A stretch of DNA of 64,000 bases from Candidatus Hydrothermarchaeum profundi (lineage in GTDB: Archaea > Hydrothermarchaeota > Hydrothermarchaeia > Hydrothermarchaeales > Hydrothermarchaeaceae). The notes beneath the pieces are model-generated. The model made no database searches. It was not told the DNA's origin and saw only the letters and a program-made list of their open reading frames with translations. The position numbers and the translations under genes are program-made. The DNA lies in assembly GCA_002011125.2 (NCBI GenBank), contig MTMF02000009.1, positions 1,160,989 to 1,224,988 on the forward strand, in the 5' to 3' direction. Below, one piece after another: positions 58,628 to 64,000 of this stretch. Every line of letters begins with the position of its first letter. Position 1 is the first letter of the stretch.

Positions 58628-60031
58628 ATGAAGGTTTTGCTTATTGTGCCAAACGCAATAGGGAAATATTACAAACCAACTTCCCCACATGTTGGGATCG
58701 CCTATCTGGCAGCTTTTTTGATGAAAAATGAGATTGCTGTAGAAGTTATTGATCTGAGACTAGACTCAAAAATTGAAAAACTATTTGATAAAATTCAAAA
58801 TTTCTCTCCGGATCTTATAGGTATTACTTGTGCCAGTAGAGAATACGATATAGCCTATGGTATTATTAGCCAAATCAAAGATAATTATAGCACCCCTGTC
58901 GTAATCGGTGGGCCTCATCCCTCTGTAATCCAAGAAAAGATATTACTAGAATCCAAGGCGGATTATGCTGTTATAGGTGAGGGAGAATATACGTTATTGG
59001 ATTTGGTTACTGGGAAGGATCTTGAGAATATAAATGGGTTGGTTTGGCGGGATAATGGAAAAATCGTGAAAAATCCGAAGAGAGAACTAATAGAAGATTT
59101 AGATTCGCTCCCCTTCCCAGCATACGAAAAATTTGAGCTTGAAAAATATCTTGATAATAAGATTCCAATAGTTTCATCTAGAGGATGTCCCTTTAGATGT
59201 ACGTATTGTTCCATAAAACTAATAATGGGCAATAGATTTAGGGCAAGAAGTCCAGAGAATGTAGTGGATGAGATAGAGTATTGGCATAATAAGGGGTATA
59301 ATTATTTCACCTTTACTGACGACAACTTCACATGCGACATAAATAGAGCTATTAGAATATGTGAGTTAATCATTGAAAGAGGATTAAAAATTAAATGGGA
59401 TTTGAGAAATGGAATAAGAGTAAATCGTGTAAATAAGGAACTCTTAGAAAAAATGAAAAGAGCTGGCTGCTTTTATCTTGCCTATGGCATTGAATCCGGG
59501 CATCCCGAAGTATTAAAAAACATAAAAAAAGGTATCACTACGAAACAGGTTAGAAATGCCGTAAAATTAGCCAAGGATGTTGGAATAAAGGTGGGCGGTT
59601 TCTTTTTAATTGGTGCCCCAGGTGACACCTTTGAAAGATTTAGGTACACCCTTAATTTCGCAAAATCATTAAGACTTAATGAAGCTATGTTTTATAATAT
59701 AGTTCCTTACCCGGGTACAGAGTTACAAAAATGGGTTTCAAAAAATGCAAAATTCCTGTATCCCCCAGAGATTTACTTAAACGAAATATCCTATGATGCT
59801 CATGAACCTGTATTTGTAACTGATGATTTTTCCAAAGAAGAAAGAAGACTAGCTCATGAATTGGGTGAAGTGTATACTATGAAATTATTCTTTAAAAGCG
59901 AGTTTGGGACAGTTTTAGGACCGATCTTCTACGGTTTCTGGAAAAACAAGTTAATTAGAAAATATGGTTTAAATGCTGGTCTTAGATTCTGGGCATTTAC
60001 GAGAAAACTAAAGACGAGAATTAAGTCGTGA
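58628..60031 (+). CDS. Cobalamin-dependent (class B) radical SAM enzyme
   Basis: PHVGIAYLAA, GGPHPS, GEGE; SSRGCPFRCTYC; GIESG; PYPGT. Confidence 0.92.
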   Translation: MKVLLIVPNAIGKYYKPTSPHVGIAYLAAFLMKNEIAVEVIDLRLDSKIEKLFDKIQNFSPDLIGITCASREYDIAYGIISQIKDNYSTPVVIGGPHPSVIQEKILLESKADYAVIGEGEYTLLDLVTGKDLENINGLVWRDNGKIVKNPKRELIEDLDSLPFPAYEKFELEKYLDNKIPIVSSRGCPFRCTYCSIKLIMGNRFRARSPENVVDEIEYWHNKGYNYFTFTDDNFTCDINRAIRICELIIERGLKIKWDLRNGIRVNRVNKELLEKMKRAGCFYLAYGIESGHPEVLKNIKKGITTKQVRNAVKLAKDVGIKVGGFFLIGAPGDTFERFRYTLNFAKSLRLNEAMFYNIVPYPGTELQKWVSKNAKFLYPPEIYLNEISYDAHEPVFVTDDFSKEERRLAHELGEVYTMKLFFKSEFGTVLGPIFYGFWKNKLIRKYGLNAGLRFWAFTRKLKTRIKS

Positions 60032-60050
60032 GGAACTTTTGATTATTCTC

Positions 60051-60416
60051 TAAAAATACTTGAAGTTCCTTGTAGTTTCAGAAAAAGAGAAGGAAAATCT
60101 AGGCTAATCTCAAATATCTTCACATATGCAATAAAAGCGGGACTTGTTATATTTAAGACCTATTTAGACTATAAGCCCTTAAGAGTATTCTTGATTCAAG
60201 GATTTCTTTTGATATTCGTGGGAATGTTATTTGGGATGGATGGTATTAATAGATTTTATTGAAACGGGAGGAGTGCATTTCTTTCCTTCGGTGATACTGA
60301 CAGCGATATTTTTAATGATAGGATTTCAGATAGTTGTTTTGGGATTAATTGTAGCAATGATTGGAACAAATCGGAGGATAATGGAAGATATACTGTATCG
60401 TTTGAAAAAAATCTAA
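60051..60416 (+). pseudogene. Truncated, frameshifted duplicate of the 3' end of the GT2 gene 56664..57596
   Basis: 60051-60174 is identical to 57223-57346; the rest is diverged but alignable (GGVHF..S.ILTAIFL.IGFQIVVLGLI). Confidence 0.85.
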
Positions 60417-60427
60417 TTATAAATAAT

Positions 60428-61294
60428 TCAGTATTTATCCTTTATGTATTCCTCAATATATCCAATTTGTTGAAGAATAAAACTTAAGAATAATAGTACT
60501 AGGATAAGCGGGAATTTTGGATCTCTGTGAAATTTTTTTATTATGTTTTTCGTTGACCAAAATCTAAGTTTTACAAAATCTCCGACATAACCGACTTTCT
60601 TTTTAAAATAATAGTTGCTTCTTCCTCTTGTCAACTGCCATTTGACGAAAGATGAAAAGCTCTCTCTAGGCTCATGTATAACAATTGCATTTGGCAGATA
60701 TTTTATTTTGAATCCTTGTTTTGACAGTCTATAGGAAAACTCAGAGTCTTCTCCACCCGGGGTCTTAAATGTTTCGTCAAAAAATCCAATTTTTAGAAAT
60801 AAATCTTTCCTCACTGCGCAGTTACATGTAGTTATATGATCTGTGAACCCTTCTTTGGAGACATGCCACATGTTTTCAAAACCGACAGATCCACCAGCAG
60901 GGAATCCTAACGCTGAAATAGAGTCACCGAGAAAGTTAGATTTAGGAATTTTCACGTGACCTTGAACAGCATGGATATTTTGATCATCAAAGGCTTTTGC
61001 GATATTTTTCAACCAGTCTTTTTTAGCTACGCAGTCAGAGTCTGTGAAAGCAATGATTTGTCCATTAGCTTCTCTAATTCCGACGTTCCTTGCACCAGCA
61101 GGACCTTTTTTGTTTTTTAGCTTCACTACTTTGGCATATTCTTTTGCAATCTCAGAGGTTGGATCCGAGGAGTTGTCATCAATTACGATAATCTCATAAT
61201 CATAAAAATCCTGAGTTTTTAGGGATTCCAATAAATTATGTATTTTAGTAGAAGCATTGTGAGCTGGAATTACAACAGAAATATATGGTTTCAT
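60428..61294 (-). CDS. GT2 glycosyltransferase, paralog of 54311..55300
   Basis: ISVVIPAHN, IDDNSSD, ARNVG, FTDSD, GED; start moved to MKPYISV. Confidence 0.9.
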   Translation of the reverse strand: MKPYISVVIPAHNASTKIHNLLESLKTQDFYDYEIIVIDDNSSDPTSEIAKEYAKVVKLKNKKGPAGARNVGIREANGQIIAFTDSDCVAKKDWLKNIAKAFDDQNIHAVQGHVKIPKSNFLGDSISALGFPAGGSVGFENMWHVSKEGFTDHITTCNCAVRKDLFLKIGFFDETFKTPGGEDSEFSYRLSKQGFKIKYLPNAIVIHEPRESFSSFVKWQLTRGRSNYYFKKKVGYVGDFVKLRFWSTKNIIKKFHRDPKFPLILVLLFLSFILQQIGYIEEYIKDKY

Positions 61295-61412
61295 ACAGAG
61301 TTCACTTATTTTTGACATTTGACAAATAATGTCCATCTCTTGAATGTATCCCCATCCCATAAGAAATCGCATTTATTTTCCATTTTTCTTTTTTAAAAGA
61401 GAAACTAGAATT

Positions 61413-62864
61413 TTAATCGCATGCGTCTTTACTACTTTTGTAGAAGGTCATTTTTCCAATAATAGTGCTCTTTGCTGATCTTAAAACTCTACCTACATCG
61501 GTGAGTGTTCTTATATTTTTTAAAGTCTGCAGGAAGAACTGGGGCCTAAAGTAGAACTCTCTATAGGCACGGCTAAGGATATCTTCTAGATCTTCCCTGT
61601 TCATATCCTGAGTTTTTAAAACCGGACCATGAGTCATATCGTACTCCTCCCATTCCTTCGCTAATACCCAATTGTTTTCCTTTGCTTGTTCATATAAAAC
61701 GGTGCCAGGATAGGCCATGGCAATTGAAAACTGAGCAGAGTCAGGTGCAAGTTCTTTTGCTATTTCTAAAGTCTTTTCTACAGTTTCCTTCGAATCAAAT
61801 GGGAATCCAAACATAAAACCAGCGTGGACAAGGATTTTATGTTTTTTTGTTAATTCGAAAGCTTTTCTTACTTGATCAAGAGTGTAACCTTTTCTTATTT
61901 TTTCCAATACTTCTTGAGATCCGGATTCAACACCATATTTGAGCATCTTACAACCAGCAGATTTCATAGCTTGAAGCATTTCATCGTCAACTGTATCAAC
62001 TCTCGCATTACATGACCACATAAGATAATCTAGCCCTTCCCTTTTCATTTTATTACAAAAATCTAGTACTCGTTTTTTGTTTACAGTAAAAGTATCATCG
62101 TCTATATATATCTCCTTGGCCCCATATTTATCAGCGAGATAATGGATTTCATCTACAAAATTATCCAGGCTCCTGTATCTAACTTTATGCCCGTACATCG
62201 CATTAGGCCACAAACAGAAAGTGCAATGGTAGGGGCAACCTCTCGAGGAAATGATATATAGGAAAGGTTTTTTTGAATGCCAGGCTTCGCAATACCACTC
62301 GTGCGGGATAGTTTCTCTATCAGGATAAGGTAGGGAATCGAGATCATCAAATAGTTTCGCTTCTCCGGTGTCCTCGATTTTGCTATCATCTCTAAAAACA
62401 ATCCCTTTTATTTTTTTCAGGTTATGAAGATTATCAAGAACTTCTACAATGCGGGTGTCAAATTCTTTTTTGATTATTATGTCAATACTTTTGCATTCTT
62501 GGAGGGACTCTCTGGGGAATACTGTTACGTGAGGCCCCACGGCAATGATGATGGCCCCAGTTGAGTTTTTCATTGATTCCATGGCTTTGAAGTCATATTT
62601 AATAGAAGGGGTTGTAGTTTCCATTAAAATGACATCAGGGTTGGACTTCCTTATTTTTTCGTCAGTCTCTTGTTGATCCAGATTCTGGACAACAGAATCA
62701 ATGTAGTCTACCTTGTAACCTGCTTCACGAAGCTGAGAAGCAGCATATCCAAGAAAAATAGGAAACTGGAGATACATATCTCCTCTCTGCTTTATTATTC
62801 TATTCTGTGACCTTGTACCAATCCCTTTACCAGGCCAGGGGGGATTGATTATCAATACCTTCAT
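61413..62864 (-). CDS. Cobalamin-dependent radical SAM enzyme (HpnJ-like N-terminus)
   Basis: INPP...R.Q.R...FPIFLGYAAS, GPHVT; SSRGCPYHCTFC; GVESG; YPGT. Confidence 0.9.
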   Translation of the reverse strand: MKVLIINPPWPGKGIGTRSQNRIIKQRGDMYLQFPIFLGYAASQLREAGYKVDYIDSVVQNLDQQETDEKIRKSNPDVILMETTTPSIKYDFKAMESMKNSTGAIIIAVGPHVTVFPRESLQECKSIDIIIKKEFDTRIVEVLDNLHNLKKIKGIVFRDDSKIEDTGEAKLFDDLDSLPYPDRETIPHEWYCEAWHSKKPFLYIISSRGCPYHCTFCLWPNAMYGHKVRYRSLDNFVDEIHYLADKYGAKEIYIDDDTFTVNKKRVLDFCNKMKREGLDYLMWSCNARVDTVDDEMLQAMKSAGCKMLKYGVESGSQEVLEKIRKGYTLDQVRKAFELTKKHKILVHAGFMFGFPFDSKETVEKTLEIAKELAPDSAQFSIAMAYPGTVLYEQAKENNWVLAKEWEEYDMTHGPVLKTQDMNREDLEDILSRAYREFYFRPQFFLQTLKNIRTLTDVGRVLRSAKSTIIGKMTFYKSSKDACD

Positions 62865-62936
62865 ATCATGTTACCATGAGATTATCTTTTATAAAGATTT
62901 TCTAAAATAAGAGGCATAACTCCTAAGGAGCAGGAT

Positions 62937-64000
62937 ATGGAAGCACTTAAAATTTGTCTTCTAACTTCTGAGTACCCCCCCAATATCGTTTCTGGACCTG
63001 GAAGATATACAGAGAACTTGGCGATAGGACTCAGAGATAAAGGCTACAGAGTAACTGTTGTTACACCTTTAACTAATGGGAGTAAAGAATATGAGGAATT
63101 AAATGGAATTGAAGTGTATAGAATAAAGATTCCAAGATCATCTACATTGGAAAAAATAATACCAAATATTTTAGATAGAAGAGTTTTTTTCGGAATAAAA
63201 GCCAAGAATTTTTTGACTAAAGAAAGAGTAGATGAATATGACTTGATTCATGTTACAAATTTTACTGAATCTTTTGTTTTAACTAATGAAATCTTTAAAA
63301 AAATTCCGACTGTAGTCTCTGTAAATGAGTATTATTATTTAAAAAGTACATGGAATATCCTTAAATTTCCATATAAGACAATGGACTTGCCTTTACGATA
63401 CTTACAACATAATATTTTAAGGCAGATAAATACCCGAGTGTTGAATAAAGCTACAAAAATTTTGGCGAATTCAAAATATACTGCAAAAGCAATAGAATCC
63501 TGCGGAATACCAGAAGATAAAATACAAACAGTGTATAGAGGAATTAATACTAAAAAGTTCGATGTAAAACCAACTGAGGATAAATATACAAATCACTCTA
63601 TTTTATTTGTCGGAGGTAACATGGAAAGAAAAGGAGGAAAATATTTAATTCAAGCTGCGCCAAGTATTCTAAGAGATTTCCCTGACTCAACATTCATACT
63701 TATAGGTAGAACTTCTTGGATGTACCGACAACTTCTAAATAGATATATTAAAAAATATAATCTAAGAAAAAAAGCTAAAATTTTAGATTATGTTGCCCCA
63801 AATGAATTACGACATTTTTATGCTCGAGCTAATGTTTTTGTAATGCCAGCTATAGTGGAAGCTCTTGGGCAAGTTTTTATGGAGGCAATGATGAGTAAAA
63901 CTCCCGTAATTGGTTCTAATGTGGGAGGGATACCAGAAAACATATCAGATGGCGAAACAGGGTTTTTAGTAAAACCCAAGGATCCCACGGATATCAAAGA
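62937..64000 (+). CDS. GT4 glycosyltransferase (3' end runs off the window); not in the ORF track
   Basis: MEALKICLLTSEYPPNIVSG..., ILFVG...RKG, VFVMPAIVEALGQVFMEAMM...IGSNVGGIPENI.DGETGFLV. Confidence 0.9.
   Translation, partial: MEALKICLLTSEYPPNIVSGPGRYTENLAIGLRDKGYRVTVVTPLTNGSKEYEELNGIEVYRIKIPRSSTLEKIIPNILDRRVFFGIKAKNFLTKERVDEYDLIHVTNFTESFVLTNEIFKKIPTVVSVNEYYYLKSTWNILKFPYKTMDLPLRYLQHNILRQINTRVLNKATKILANSKYTAKAIESCGIPEDKIQTVYRGINTKKFDVKPTEDKYTNHSILFVGGNMERKGGKYLIQAAPSILRDFPDSTFILIGRTSWMYRQLLNRYIKKYNLRKKAKILDYVAPNELRHFYARANVFVMPAIVEALGQVFMEAMMSKTPVIGSNVGGIPENISDGETGFLVKPKDPTDIK

Noticed and set aside
301-62401. Many 60-170 aa ORFs antisense to or nested in assigned genes (for example 657, 4496, 8439, 15710, 39977, 40888, 49858, 56624)
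   Set aside because: Ser/Ile/Phe-rich mirror translations of real genes, with no motifs or RBS.
1-64000. CRISPR arrays, rRNA genes, and pyrrolysine/selenocysteine read-through
   Set aside because: No regularly spaced repeats or rRNA-like sequence seen; methyltransferase and Fe-S genes have no in-frame TAG/TGA needing recoding.

Overview
Archaeal chromosomal window (euryarchaeal-type gene content: SepRS, TiaS, Taw1, HARP, AglB, CGP-CTERM signal; exact lineage cannot be fixed from sequence alone). From left to right: a corrinoid methyl-transfer operon (two MtaA/UroD-fold methyltransferases, a corrinoid protein and a Walker-degenerate AAA+ protein); an ABC-2 exporter; a duplicated secreted protein with an internal CGP-CTERM plus second signal peptide; a PAS/GAF kinase with a REC-wHTH regulator; HARP-hisS-hisI-PINA; a candidate anti-Shine-Dalgarno hairpin sRNA; tiaS; a second ABC-2 exporter; a DUF362 Fe-S protein; dinB; a decayed insertion hotspot at tRNA-Ser(GCT) (17-bp att duplication, Fic gene, amidase fragment) next to the SRP RNA; ade, sepS, translin, taw1; the conserved exosome/proteasome/RNase P superoperon; serA, ychF; and from about 42 kb an AT-rich, IS-scarred surface-glycosylation region (flippase, divergent AglB, three cobalamin-dependent radical SAM enzymes, several glycosyltransferases, a nitroreductase-methyltransferase fusion, a circularly permuted FrhB-like protein). 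All assignments come from motif recognition by eye; no database searches were run.
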